A DNA stretch of 47,973 nucleotides from Pseudomonadota bacterium (GCA_018660405.1 JABJKL010000123.1:1-47973); one strand, 5' to 3'; positions 1 to 9,676 are shown, counted from the stretch's first letter. Made by a program: numbers and translations. Notes: generated from the letters alone by a model not told the origin.

Positions 1-91
1 AGAAAATCAACATAATAAACACCACATCCAACATTGGGGTGATATCGATATCTGTTTGTTCCTCAGCTTTAGCTTTGCCAAGTCGTTTCAT
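1..91 (-). CDS. exbD: ExbD/TolR family protein, N-terminal 30 codons only (gene runs off the left edge)
   Basis: Reverse translation from the ATG at 91-89 gives MKRLGKAKAEEQTDIDITPMLDVVFIMLIF. This matches the N-terminus of the complete ExbD at 4513-4917 (DITPMLDVVFIMLIFF). It is absent from the ORF track because it is truncated. Confidence 0.8.
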   Translation of the reverse strand, partial: MKRLGKAKAEEQTDIDITPMLDVVFIMLIF

Positions 92-143
92 ATCTTATAT
101 ACCTCTTTTAGCACTTCTTACGGTAGAACTAACCCAACCAAAT

Positions 144-1613
144 CTATATGTTTGCTGGCTGCTTTTGGGATTCAATCTGCTGCGCAACCAAACCCGCAGT
201 GGTTTCTTCCAAAATCTGCTCAACCCGTTTTGCTCGACCAGATGCCAACCAATGCAAAAACAGGGTTGGGAGCGCAACAACCAAGCCCAACACAGTCGTT
301 ACCAAGGCTTGTGATATACCACCCGCCATCATTTGAGGGTCACCGGCACCATACAAAGTAATGGCCTGAAAAGTCTGGATCATGCCCGTTACGGTACCCA
401 ACAAACCCAATAACGGTGCGACAGTGGCGATAATTCTTACAAACATTAACATCGAGTTTAATTTAGGCGTTTCTTTCAAAATCGCTTCCGATAATTTAAG
501 CTCCATTGATTCTGGGTCGATCGCCGGATTGTCATGATAAACCTTGACTACCCGGCCTAACGGGTTCGATGACAACGGTTTATCGATATTCCTGACTTGT
601 CTGCTTACTTTCGCCTGAACGCCACTGAGCACAAAGATGCGAAACAGGACGATTACCATTCCAATAAGGCCCAATCCAATAATCACATAGCCAACCGCTT
701 TACCTTCTTGAACCTTCTCAAACAAAGTAGGCTCGCGCACTAATGCCGAAAGAAGGACACCCTTGGTTGGATCCAGCAAAAATGAAGTAACCCCGCTGGC
801 TTGCTGAAGATCATTCGAAAAACCGGTGTAAGGCCCCGGCATCTGACGATCAAGCAGAACCAAACCACGCTCGTTATCATAGGTTGCAATGTCATTGCCT
901 GTCACTGTGTTGAACACACCAATCCGTGTGACCTCACGATCTTCGGTAGCAAATAGATCTATTGTTTCACCGAGTTCATTCATCGATTCCCCGGTTTTAA
1001 ATGTCACGGGCGCTGAAAACCTGACTACTTTTCCCTGCTCAATCATGTCGTTTTGCAAGTGAAACCAAAGTTCCTCGATTTCATCAATGGAAATCAATTC
1101 TGTTAAACTCGCCATTTTTTCAACCATCCGACGAAGCGTTTCCGCTCGCTCCGGGTAGTGCACACTGATGTAGGACGTTCTATAATCTTCCTGCGCTTCG
1201 CTGGCTGTCTGCTGGATTACCCCGAACAATTCCTGTAGGTCACCAAGCTCTCTTTGCAGTTCAGACTGAAGCTCCTCGAGAAGAACAGCATTAGTCTCAA
1301 ACTGGGCATCCAGCTGATCGCTGATTCGCTCCTGGCGAGTACGTTCATTTCTCATTGAGGTGAGCTCACCCTGACGCGCATCGCGATCACCTGCAAACCG
1401 ACTCTCACGTTGTTGCTCCGCCCGCTTATCGCTTGCAGTCATATTACTGGCAGTCGACAACAGCGCTTGTATATCGAGTTGCTGAACTCTTTCTTGCGGC
1501 GCACTTTCTTGCTCGGTGCTTTCTTGCTGAGCACTGACGCTAGCCGAACCCAAAGCCAGCCCCATAACCAGCAACAAAATAGTGGCACTTTTAGGCATAG
1601 AATCGCAAGTCAT
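144..1613 (-). CDS. Large MotA/TolQ/ExbB-family proton channel protein (TtpC-like), second copy
   Basis: Signal peptide, long coiled-coil periplasmic N-terminal region, and a C-terminal MotA/ExbB channel domain (LLGLLGTVTGMIQTFQAI..GGISQALVTT). Paralogous to 5530-6882. Start trimmed to the ATG at 1613, which has GGAGG 9 nt upstream and lies 1 nt after the upstream stop codon. Confidence 0.85.
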   Translation of the reverse strand: MTCDSMPKSATILLLVMGLALGSASVSAQQESTEQESAPQERVQQLDIQALLSTASNMTASDKRAEQQRESRFAGDRDARQGELTSMRNERTRQERISDQLDAQFETNAVLLEELQSELQRELGDLQELFGVIQQTASEAQEDYRTSYISVHYPERAETLRRMVEKMASLTELISIDEIEELWFHLQNDMIEQGKVVRFSAPVTFKTGESMNELGETIDLFATEDREVTRIGVFNTVTGNDIATYDNERGLVLLDRQMPGPYTGFSNDLQQASGVTSFLLDPTKGVLLSALVREPTLFEKVQEGKAVGYVIIGLGLIGMVIVLFRIFVLSGVQAKVSRQVRNIDKPLSSNPLGRVVKVYHDNPAIDPESMELKLSEAILKETPKLNSMLMFVRIIATVAPLLGLLGTVTGMIQTFQAITLYGAGDPQMMAGGISQALVTTVLGLVVALPTLFLHWLASGRAKRVEQILEETTAGLVAQQIESQKQPANI

Positions 1614-1614
1614 T

Positions 1615-2469
1615 TTATAACGCCTCCGGAGCATCAATTGGCAACAGCATCAAGCCCGTACTCTCTTTACCCTGGGTGATGCGAATCGCATGTGTAATGC
1701 CAGCATTAAACGATGAATCGAGCGCTGCCCATGCACCGGCATTTCTATCCCAGTACCCAGATTGACCACCATCCAGCGTTTGATAGTACAAACCAGAACG
1801 ACCCACTTGAAGAATATTAACTGCCAATGGATCACCCGACAAATCCAGAGTGTCACTGTATACATCGATACTATTGCCGTAGGCGTTTTCAATCGAGTAA
1901 GCGTTAAGTACCTGGCGGAATCGTTCTGCAGCAGAAATGTTGGCATTGGTCAGGTAACCCGTAATACGTTCTACACGCTCCTGTCGCTCTTGTAACTTAA
2001 ATGGTGAGTCGGAGCCGATAAACCGTTCCAAACCTGCAATCATTCGCAACATGAGCGGCACAATTTGACGCTCAATTAAAGAAGCATCCTCTATCGAACG
2101 CTCCAAGCTGTTCATGGCCACTTCTTGTGCCTCCAGAGTTCGACGAAGGCGATCGTTATACTTAGTAAGGCTTTCTACCGCTTTACGTTGGGTATGATAT
2201 TGGGTAATGATTTTATCGGTAGCGTCTGCAATATCATCAACACGAATTTGCGATGCTTGCGCATCTATGGTTCGTTGCAAACCCTGACTAATTATGTCAT
2301 CAGTAACATCCGCCCAGACCGAGCTTGGCGCCAATATCGCAACACCTGTACCCAATACACAAACCCTTAGCACCTGCTGTGAATTGGATAGCACATTGGA
2401 TAGTGCACTGAAAAGTATGCTAGCCGCAAAATGCTTGCTGGTCCTTCTATTTATCCTTCTAACAGACAT
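1615..2469 (-). CDS. DUF3450-type periplasmic coiled-coil protein (TtpB-like), second copy
   Basis: Paralogous to 6884-7570 (shared LPF..ER..R...L......S.AE.FR....AY..E..YG...........G.......L..GR..LYYQT.DG). Start trimmed to MSVRR (ATG 2469, AGAGG upstream) to remove the overlap with the TPR gene. Confidence 0.8.
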   Translation of the reverse strand: MSVRRINRRTSKHFAASILFSALSNVLSNSQQVLRVCVLGTGVAILAPSSVWADVTDDIISQGLQRTIDAQASQIRVDDIADATDKIITQYHTQRKAVESLTKYNDRLRRTLEAQEVAMNSLERSIEDASLIERQIVPLMLRMIAGLERFIGSDSPFKLQERQERVERITGYLTNANISAAERFRQVLNAYSIENAYGNSIDVYSDTLDLSGDPLAVNILQVGRSGLYYQTLDGGQSGYWDRNAGAWAALDSSFNAGITHAIRITQGKESTGLMLLPIDAPEAL

Positions 2470-2500
2470 TCTAAACCTCTGACTCTGGTTGCACGGACGA

Positions 2501-3817
2501 CTAAACTTCAACGTCTGTGCTGATAACAATTGGTTTTTCCAACTCTTTAATTCGATACACTTCATTGTCGATATATTTGACCCAGTTAGCGGCATCGGTC
2601 GCCATATCGTCATATCTCAAGGCACGATTAAAAGTCGCTTTCGCGGTTTCGTATTTCTGCTGTTCAAATTGAACAGAACCAAGGCTCATCACGGCCCTGC
2701 CCGTATTAGTCAACTTGCCTTTTTTGATCCCTTGATCCAAAGCCGTTTCCGCTTCACTCCAGCGATTCAGAGCCATCAGCGACTGCCCCAATTGAATATA
2801 GAGTTTGCCATCCTCTGCTAATTTAGCGGCCTGCCCCATTGGAGCAATCGCCTTCTCATGCTCCTTTGCTATGTATAGGGATTGTGAGTAAAGTTGATAA
2901 TTCCTAAGATTTTTCTCCAACACGCCGTCATCAAAGCCCTTACCCAACACTTCGGACGCCTTAAAAGCGCTTTCCTGACCCAGCAATAAAGAAGCCAGTG
3001 TAACAATCTCTGATTCGCTCGTAATCAACCCATAATCGTACATCGCCAAATAGAGCGCCGACATTTTTGGCTGATCTTCCAGTTCATTGTATATACCGGC
3101 CATTGCCTGCAGATAAGTTTTCTTGGGATAGTGTATTGCCAACTTCTTAAGCACCGGCAACATGTTTCGATAGTCATCTTTTTGTCGGTAAATGCCACTG
3201 AGCAAATTCAACCAACCTTCTTTAGGGATCGAACCAAGCTCCTCATACATCTGAATGCCTTTGATGACATTTGGTAAAGCGGCATCAAAATTCTGCAGCA
3301 TGTATTGCGCCTGACCTACCAGCATATACGCATCAGCTGGCGGAGCTTCCTGGGTTGTAAACCATTGCTGCGCATAATCCAGTGCGTTTCTATAGTCCTC
3401 TTGCGAGAAATACACCTGTGCGACCACATAGTACATCTGGTTATAGAAAGCAGGCGGTATACCATCAGGCGTAATCAGAATTTTCTTGAACTCCCGTATC
3501 GCGCAATCCAGGTCATCTGTACTAAAACAAATATTGCCCCTGAAATTAGCTACGTACGCTTTTTCAATGTTATTTAAATCCGGGTCTGCAGCAAGTTCGT
3601 TAAGGATGGCTGTGGCCTCAGCGTGATTTTCCAGCTCAACAAATTCTGCCAACGCCTCGAAATCCTTGATCAGCCTTTGGCGTATCGATTGTACCCGCAC
3701 AGCTTTTTGCCTGGCCTGTCCTTCCTCACTATTATTTTGAGCCTGCGTTACAGTACCAAAAGAACCCAAGGTGATTGCCAACGCAACCGAAACAAACATT
3801 ATCTTATTCGTATTCAT
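2501..3817 (-). CDS. Secreted tetratricopeptide-repeat protein (TtpD-like terminal gene of the TonB2 cluster)
   Basis: Signal peptide (MNTNKIMFVSVALAITLGSFGTVTQAQ) followed by repeated TPR-like helical units. It sits directly after tonB. The ATG at 3817 has GAGG upstream; the track start at 3832 is a TTG. Confidence 0.8.
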   Translation of the reverse strand: MNTNKIMFVSVALAITLGSFGTVTQAQNNSEEGQARQKAVRVQSIRQRLIKDFEALAEFVELENHAEATAILNELAADPDLNNIEKAYVANFRGNICFSTDDLDCAIREFKKILITPDGIPPAFYNQMYYVVAQVYFSQEDYRNALDYAQQWFTTQEAPPADAYMLVGQAQYMLQNFDAALPNVIKGIQMYEELGSIPKEGWLNLLSGIYRQKDDYRNMLPVLKKLAIHYPKKTYLQAMAGIYNELEDQPKMSALYLAMYDYGLITSESEIVTLASLLLGQESAFKASEVLGKGFDDGVLEKNLRNYQLYSQSLYIAKEHEKAIAPMGQAAKLAEDGKLYIQLGQSLMALNRWSEAETALDQGIKKGKLTNTGRAVMSLGSVQFEQQKYETAKATFNRALRYDDMATDAANWVKYIDNEVYRIKELEKPIVISTDVEV

Positions 3818-3893
3818 ATTTAAAAACCTCAAACGTCTGTAGTTTAACTAGCAAGTTGAGCTAGTAAGCTGAGTCACAGTCAACAAATATTTA

Positions 3894-4493
3894 TTAGCAA
3901 CCATCTTCCATTTCAAAAACAATTCGAATCGGCACATCGGGCACATCGACCGGTTTACCCCCTACCTGCCGTGCCTTGTACTTGTACTTATCTGCTGCTC
4001 TTCTAGCTGCCGTTTCAAACATACTGGACGAACTTGAGGTGACCCTCGCATCACGCGTACCACCGGCGGCTGTAACGGTGTACATCAGTTCGACCCAACC
4101 GCATAAACCTCGTTCCTGAGCGCGTCGCGGATAAATCGGAGGCGCCCGGAATATGGGTAAATATTCTCCATCATTCGAGTTGAAACCCTTCATGTTTCTA
4201 TCAATACCCACTCTAACAGCACCCAAAGTTAGATTGCTGGTAATATTAATATCAGGCTCTATTTCAACTTCTGGCGTATCGGGTTGATCCTGAATATCAT
4301 CCGGACGATCCGGTTTAGCGGCGATCGTTTGCAGATCTTCATTTTGTGGAACGTGAACAAAATCTGGCAACTTAAATGAGTCCTTCTCACCCAGTTCAGG
4401 CTCGTTCATACTAATCAGCGTATTCATCGCAAGCAGCAGACCGAGCATGATCACTGTCGCGAGCGAAAAAGATTGAATTGATCTAATAGCCAT
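3894..4493 (-). CDS. tonB: TonB energy transducer
   Basis: N-terminal TM anchor, Pro/Asp/Glu-rich spacer (PDRPDDIQDQPDTPEVEIEPD), and a C-terminal TonB domain (PIYPRRAQERGLCGWVELMYTV). AGGAGA Shine-Dalgarno motif. Follows exbBD. Confidence 0.9.
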   Translation of the reverse strand: MAIRSIQSFSLATVIMLGLLLAMNTLISMNEPELGEKDSFKLPDFVHVPQNEDLQTIAAKPDRPDDIQDQPDTPEVEIEPDINITSNLTLGAVRVGIDRNMKGFNSNDGEYLPIFRAPPIYPRRAQERGLCGWVELMYTVTAAGGTRDARVTSSSSSMFETAARRAADKYKYKARQVGGKPVDVPDVPIRIVFEMEDGC

Positions 4494-4512
4494 AGTTCTC
4501 TCCTAAGTTCTC

Positions 4513-4917
4513 CTAATCTCCGACGGTTGATATAACCGGGACTTCTATACCGGACGCTTTAAGACCATCAATTACGGCCATAACGGTTGCAGCTGTTGAC
4601 TCAATATCTGCCTGCAATAGTACCTCACCATCCGGGTTTTCCGCACGCAGGCGACTGATATTTGCCTTAATGGCTCGCGAGTCTATTTGGCGTTTATCCA
4701 GCCAAATCTCGTCATTACTATCAACTGCAATCAACACTGAGGCCCGTGGGTACTTGGCATCAGTAGTGGCATCCGGTTTGGTGACATTGGCGCCGCTTTC
4801 TTTAATAAAGCTGGCCGTCACAATAAAGAATATCAACATGATAAAAACCACATCAAGCATCGGTGTAATATCGATCTTGGTGTCTTCTTCCTGCCTCATT
4901 CGGTTCATACGTTTCAT
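4513..4917 (-). CDS. exbD: ExbD/TolR biopolymer transport protein
   Basis: 134 aa with the ITPMLDVVFIMLIFF TM segment and a periplasmic domain of typical length. Sits between exbB and tonB. Confidence 0.92.
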   Translation of the reverse strand: MKRMNRMRQEEDTKIDITPMLDVVFIMLIFFIVTASFIKESGANVTKPDATTDAKYPRASVLIAVDSNDEIWLDKRQIDSRAIKANISRLRAENPDGEVLLQADIESTAATVMAVIDGLKASGIEVPVISTVGD

Positions 4918-4965
4918 TACAATACTCCGTACCCAATACTAATATTGCCTGGGATATTCGTTTTT

Positions 4966-5496
4966 TTAATGATCAAGCGTCAGGTTTTCGGCTAATAACT
5001 CGCGTTCGGTTTCGTATCTACGCTGTAACCAAAAACTAAAAAACAAGCCAGACAGCGCGGCCACCATTCCCGCCATGGTCGGTACAGTTGCCTGCGATAC
5101 GCCACCCGCCATCGCACGTGCATTACTGGTGCCGTTAATCGCCATAACCTGAAACACCTCGATCATACCGGTAACTGTGCCGAGCAAGCCAAAAAGTGGG
5201 CACAAGGCAACACAAGCCTGAATCATCGGTAAATACTGTCGCAAACGGACAGAAACCGATGAAATAAGCTGTTCACGAACCTGATGCGCCACCCAGGAGC
5301 GTCGTTCAGGACGAGCTTCCCACTCCCTGAGAGCCTCTCGAACTGCATTTTTATGTGGCCCCCGCAGATAGAACATGCGATCAAGAATCATATACCACAT
5401 TACCACCAGCAAACCAGCGATCAGGTATAACACCCAACCACCCAAATCCATAAAATCACGGATCGACTCAAACGAAACTAATATAAACTCTGGCAT
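4966..5496 (-). CDS. exbB: ExbB/TolQ/MotA proton channel protein (short form)
   Basis: 176 aa, three TM segments, conserved LFGLLGTVTGMIEVF..GGVSQA motif. Confidence 0.92.
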   Translation of the reverse strand: MPEFILVSFESIRDFMDLGGWVLYLIAGLLVVMWYMILDRMFYLRGPHKNAVREALREWEARPERRSWVAHQVREQLISSVSVRLRQYLPMIQACVALCPLFGLLGTVTGMIEVFQVMAINGTSNARAMAGGVSQATVPTMAGMVAALSGLFFSFWLQRRYETERELLAENLTLDH

Positions 5497-5529
5497 GAAA
5501 ATATACCTCTATAAGTTTGTTGAGCAGCC

Positions 5530-6882
5530 TTAGCTTTCTACCTGACGAGCGACCATTCCAGCAGATTGCTCTTCCAGAACATCTTGCACCTGTTTGGCCT
5601 TACTCGACGCCAGAGTGTGCAGCAGCACTGTCGGAATTGCGACACATAAGCCGAGCACAGTAGTAACCAACGCTTGCGAAATACCGCCGGCCATCAATTT
5701 AGGATCACCCGCACCAAACAATGTTATTGATTGGAAAGTTTCGATCATACCGGTAACCGTACCCAGCAGGCCCATTAACGGTGCAACCACCGCAACGATT
5801 TTGAGAAACATCAACATTTTGTTGAGTTTCGGCGTTTCCTTCATAATTTGCTCAGTCAACTTAAGCTCGAGTGCTTCCGTATCGCTCCGCGGATTATCTT
5901 TGAGTACCTGGAGTACACGACCCAAAGGGTTTTTGCTAGAAGGCGAACTCGCGTTCTTCGCTTGCCGCTTAACGGCACCGGCAACACTAAACAGAACCAA
6001 AAGTCTCCAAACTGCGATGCTGAATGCGACCAAACCCATGCAAATAATCACGTAACCTACCGTGCCACCCTGCTGAACCCTCTCCATCAAACTCGGTCGC
6101 TCAACATTGGCGCCCAACAAAGTACCTTTGGTTGGATCCACATAAAAGGAGACTGCGCTGCCTGCTCCAGCACTTTGAAGATCACTCACTGAGCCAAGGT
6201 ATTGACCATCCGGTTGACGTGGCAATTCAGCGATACCACCCGTACCAAACGTTAAAAACTTGCCGTCGCCGACTAAATTAAAAACGCCAACTCGTGTGAC
6301 CGCCTGATCTACTCTGGTGCCAGAGGCGGTTGCAACTGGCGCAGTGAAAGAGACCACCTTGCCTTGCTGAACCATTTCGTTAAATATTTCTTGCCAGACA
6401 CTTTCAATCTCAGTCGCAGTTACCAAATTGTTTGATTGGCTCAGCTTGGTAGATATCGCACCCAATGCTTCACTACGTCCTGGGAACTGTGCTGAAATCA
6501 CGGAAGTGTCAAAGTTGGCTTGCGCTTCACCAAGCACTTGCTGCAGACTGCCAAATAGATCGTTCAAATCCCCCAACGCAGTCTCTTTGTCGTTTCGCAA
6601 GCCATTTAACTCTTCATCGTTAACCGTGAATTGGTCTTCCAGCACCTCACTGCGAGCTTCCAAACTTGCGCGTTCTGCTTGCAACGCAGACAAAAGGCCG
6701 CCTTTATTGGATGATGATGCAAATTGCTGTTCACGCTGAATCGCCGCATCAGATTTTTGTATGGTGCCGGTTCGGACTTCCTCGAGCAGATCGTCTAACG
6801 CATCCGCACGGACCTGCGTCGGCAGGGCAACGATGGCTACTAGCGCTACGGCTAATGAAAAAGAAAATATTTGACGTTTCAT
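5530..6882 (-). CDS. Large MotA/TolQ/ExbB-family protein (TtpC-like)
   Basis: Signal peptide, coiled-coil periplasmic domain and C-terminal ExbB-like channel (LMGLLGTVTGMIETFQSI..GGISQALVTT). Start trimmed to the ATG at 6882 (MKRQIF, GAGGG upstream); the track start is a GTG. Confidence 0.88.
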   Translation of the reverse strand: MKRQIFSFSLAVALVAIVALPTQVRADALDDLLEEVRTGTIQKSDAAIQREQQFASSSNKGGLLSALQAERASLEARSEVLEDQFTVNDEELNGLRNDKETALGDLNDLFGSLQQVLGEAQANFDTSVISAQFPGRSEALGAISTKLSQSNNLVTATEIESVWQEIFNEMVQQGKVVSFTAPVATASGTRVDQAVTRVGVFNLVGDGKFLTFGTGGIAELPRQPDGQYLGSVSDLQSAGAGSAVSFYVDPTKGTLLGANVERPSLMERVQQGGTVGYVIICMGLVAFSIAVWRLLVLFSVAGAVKRQAKNASSPSSKNPLGRVLQVLKDNPRSDTEALELKLTEQIMKETPKLNKMLMFLKIVAVVAPLMGLLGTVTGMIETFQSITLFGAGDPKLMAGGISQALVTTVLGLCVAIPTVLLHTLASSKAKQVQDVLEEQSAGMVARQVES

Positions 6883-6883
6883 G

Positions 6884-7570
6884 TTACACACCCTCTGGTG
6901 CTGGAGTTGGAATGTTCATTAACTCAGGGGCGACCATTTTAGCCGCCACCCGAATCGCTATGCGAATATAACGATTATTCGAATCAGGCAAATCTACCCA
7001 GCCACCGCTGGATTTATCCCACATACCAGAAATATTTCCATCTTTCGTCTGGTAATACAGTGCCAGCCGGCCAACACGCAGCATGTCCACCTCAACATCA
7101 TTCCCTTCTACAGTAACCGTGTCTGCGTAAGCTTCATAGGTATTGCCATATTCTGTTTCTATAGTGTAAATATCCATGATATTGCGAAAACGATCAGACA
7201 TTGAAGCCGCAGGATCCACCATCAACGCTTTTAGCTGACCCACGCTGCTTAAACGTATATCTTCATGAAACGGCAAATCGGCTCTAATAAATGTTTCAAG
7301 AGCTGCGAGCATCTTATCCATCAAATCTGCGACCTGAGGGGCAAGATTCTCTGATTGCACAATCGAATCACTAATCTCCGTTTTGGCTGTGCCCTGCGCA
7401 GCAATTTGCTGAGCTAGCTGGTCGTTGTACACCTTTATGGCTTCCACCAACCTACCCTCGCGGGCAAATTCTTCGTCTACCGATTGCGCAAAAGTGTTGC
7501 TGGTTGCGGCTAAACTAATAGCGGTAAATGCCACTAAATGCCACGCTAGTTTCAATGCAGATTTTTTCAT
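6884..7570 (-). CDS. DUF3450-type periplasmic protein (TtpB-like), first gene of the TonB2-type operon
   Basis: Signal peptide, coiled coil and conserved C-terminal block (GRLALYYQTKDG). Directly upstream of the large ExbB-like gene, as in Vibrio TonB2 clusters. Confidence 0.8.
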   Translation of the reverse strand: MKKSALKLAWHLVAFTAISLAATSNTFAQSVDEEFAREGRLVEAIKVYNDQLAQQIAAQGTAKTEISDSIVQSENLAPQVADLMDKMLAALETFIRADLPFHEDIRLSSVGQLKALMVDPAASMSDRFRNIMDIYTIETEYGNTYEAYADTVTVEGNDVEVDMLRVGRLALYYQTKDGNISGMWDKSSGGWVDLPDSNNRYIRIAIRVAAKMVAPELMNIPTPAPEGV

Positions 7571-8610
7571 TTCGTTTTTAACCTCTGGTAATGCAATCTG
7601 ATTATTATCTGTTCAAACGGTTTATTCTCAATCAATTAGCTCTTAATCAATTCAAATTGGGAGCAACGCTTCATGCAAACGAAGGTCTAGCTCAGAGGGT
7701 ATGACGCTGATAACAGCATCGAATCTACACAAGCCAACTTGCCGCAAAGCAAGTGGGAGTTGTGCAAACAACCTGAAACGAGAGAAATAGTTTACGCGCA
7801 CGTAAATATGAATTGGTCATATAAACTGCCTTCGCTGCACACGCAACCTAACCTACTACAAGCGCAGGAGTATTTCTACCCCGGCACCTAGCGCTTTCCT
7901 GACGCTTCTATCTCTCTGTGGCTGGTGGCCCCTCTTCTGTCTATCACTGCAAGTCAGATTCTCCAACTTGCGTCTTCGCTTTAACTAATCACGCTACGAT
8001 CAGGAACTCTTCTAACAAGGTACTTTAGAAAACTCAACTGACACCCTATCCTGTTCACGAATTTATGGGCAAAAGCCGTACCGAAGTGGGACTATACACG
8101 ATCAAAAAAGTTAGACAACATGAAAATAAGGGTGCGTTCATTTTGATGATCTTCCCAGAGTCCTGTGCGTCAAACTTGAGTGCTCCTTCACATTAATATT
8201 GCGTTATTCAGCGAGCCGCCAAGCGTGACTCCAGAGTTTAGAAATCAAACATATCCGTCAATCGATCGTCACGAACGATAACTGGTTGCCAAATTCTGCA
8301 CGCAGGACACTTAATATTGCTCGCTAGCAAACGGTATTTACCTTATCATCCGTGAAAAATACTGGCTTTCCGATTTCATGGGTGAACCCTTTCCAAGCAT
8401 GCCAACACAGCATAATCTAATAATTCTGTCCGCTCGAAAATCGGTTAATCGTGGGGTGCGCTCAACAATGAACGCGAGCAAATACAGACCTCTTGCTAAC
8501 GAGCGCGGGGCCACAAGCCGGACTGCAACGGCTGTTCTTCCAAAGTTAGCGCAGAGCACCCATAGTTTAGCCAACCACCTTAACCAACTACCGTCTTTTC
8601 TAACCGTGAT

Positions 8611-8955
8611 ATGAAATTTTCCAGCAAAACTAATTCTTTTTGTAAGAACATTATTGTCATTTTGACTATCGCAATAATCTCTGGTTGTGCACATTATGGC
8701 GCAGCACGAATTGTCTCAAATCCGGCTGGCGCTGAAGTTATTAATTTAGATGACGGCACCCTTTTAGGGACCACCCCCACAACCGTTTGGTGGAAGGACA
8801 GTGGTGGTAATCGTAAGAATATCACCGTTCGTTTTAAGAAGCCGGGCTACAAAGAAAAAGTCACTCAATTCTGGTTAAGCATGCGCCATACCTCAGAAAA
8901 GCAAGCGCGCGCTGAACCTCAACTGGTTGAAGTAGTAATCGAGCCGTCTAATTAA
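8611..8955 (+). CDS. Small lipoprotein with PEGA-like domain
   Basis: Lipobox IISGC after a hydrophobic leader. PEGA-type motif SNPAGAEVINLDDGTLLGTTP. No strong Shine-Dalgarno motif. Confidence 0.65.
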   Translation: MKFSSKTNSFCKNIIVILTIAIISGCAHYGAARIVSNPAGAEVINLDDGTLLGTTPTTVWWKDSGGNRKNITVRFKKPGYKEKVTQFWLSMRHTSEKQARAEPQLVEVVIEPSN

Positions 8956-8976
8956 CTTATGTTACGTTGGAGCAAC

Positions 8977-9339
8977 ATGATGAAAAATTCAATGAAACTG
9001 ATTTTGATTACCCTTATTGTCGGGCTCGCGTTAGGCTGCGCCAGCACTCGAAGCGTTCCGATGACGGTTCATTCCGATCCCCTCGGCGCTATTGTATTAA
9101 TGCAAACCGGATATGAAGACGGCACCCAATCTGATTGGATTATGCTCGGTAATAGCCCGATGCAAATAACCCGAAACTTTGGTACAAAAAGTACCACAAG
9201 CGTCAGCCTGAGGGTGATCAAAGAAGGGTACTTCGAACAAATAAAGACTTGGGATATTGGCGACTTTCTAAGTGAAAACAAAGAACAAGGGCGAGTTGTG
9301 TGGGTGCCTCATTTGGTAGAAAGCAGGGCCGGCAACTAA
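8977..9339 (+). CDS. Small lipoprotein with PEGA-like domain (paralogue of the preceding gene)
   Basis: Lipobox LALGC and motif SDPLGAIVLM....GNSP. Start trimmed to the ATG at 8977, which is preceded by GGAG. Confidence 0.65.
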   Translation: MMKNSMKLILITLIVGLALGCASTRSVPMTVHSDPLGAIVLMQTGYEDGTQSDWIMLGNSPMQITRNFGTKSTTSVSLRVIKEGYFEQIKTWDIGDFLSENKEQGRVVWVPHLVESRAGN

Positions 9340-9403
9340 AGCCCGCAACTATGGACCGTACTCTTTAAAAGTAATATTGAGTTTTTAGCATAATCTACCG
9401 AGG

Positions 9404-9676
9404 CTATCTTTCCTGCTGGGTATCATTACCTTGCGCGGTCAACCGCTCATACTTTACCTGTAGGTCTTCATGAGATTCCTGATTATCCGAATCCAAAATT
9501 ATGCAATCGACTGGGCAAATTACAACGCATTGCGGTTCGTCATAATGCCCGACACATTCAGTGCATTTATCAGCGTCGATCTCATAAATTAACTCACCTT
9601 GAAAGATCGCCTGGTTAGGACACTCGGGCTCGCACACATCGCAATTAATGCAATCGTCTGTAATCTTTAAAGACAT
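9404..9676 (-). CDS. YfhL-type 2x[4Fe-4S] ferredoxin
   Basis: CINCDVCEPECP and CTECVGHYDEPQCVVICPVDC cysteine clusters. About 90 aa. Confidence 0.9.
   Translation of the reverse strand: MSLKITDDCINCDVCEPECPNQAIFQGELIYEIDADKCTECVGHYDEPQCVVICPVDCIILDSDNQESHEDLQVKYERLTAQGNDTQQER

Noticed and set aside
7599-7609. Fur-box-like motif tgattattatc upstream of the TonB2-type operon
   Set aside because: It matches only about half of the 19-bp Fur consensus by eye. It also lies between the likely ribosome-binding site and any plausible promoter. This is too weak to annotate.
8338-8694. 118-aa minus-strand ORF, and the overlapping 78-aa plus-strand ORF at 8378-8614, in the long intergenic region
   Set aside because: The two overlap each other and the lipoprotein gene start. 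Neither has a Shine-Dalgarno motif or a recognisable domain, and both have Arg/Cys/Ser-rich composition typical of random ORFs.
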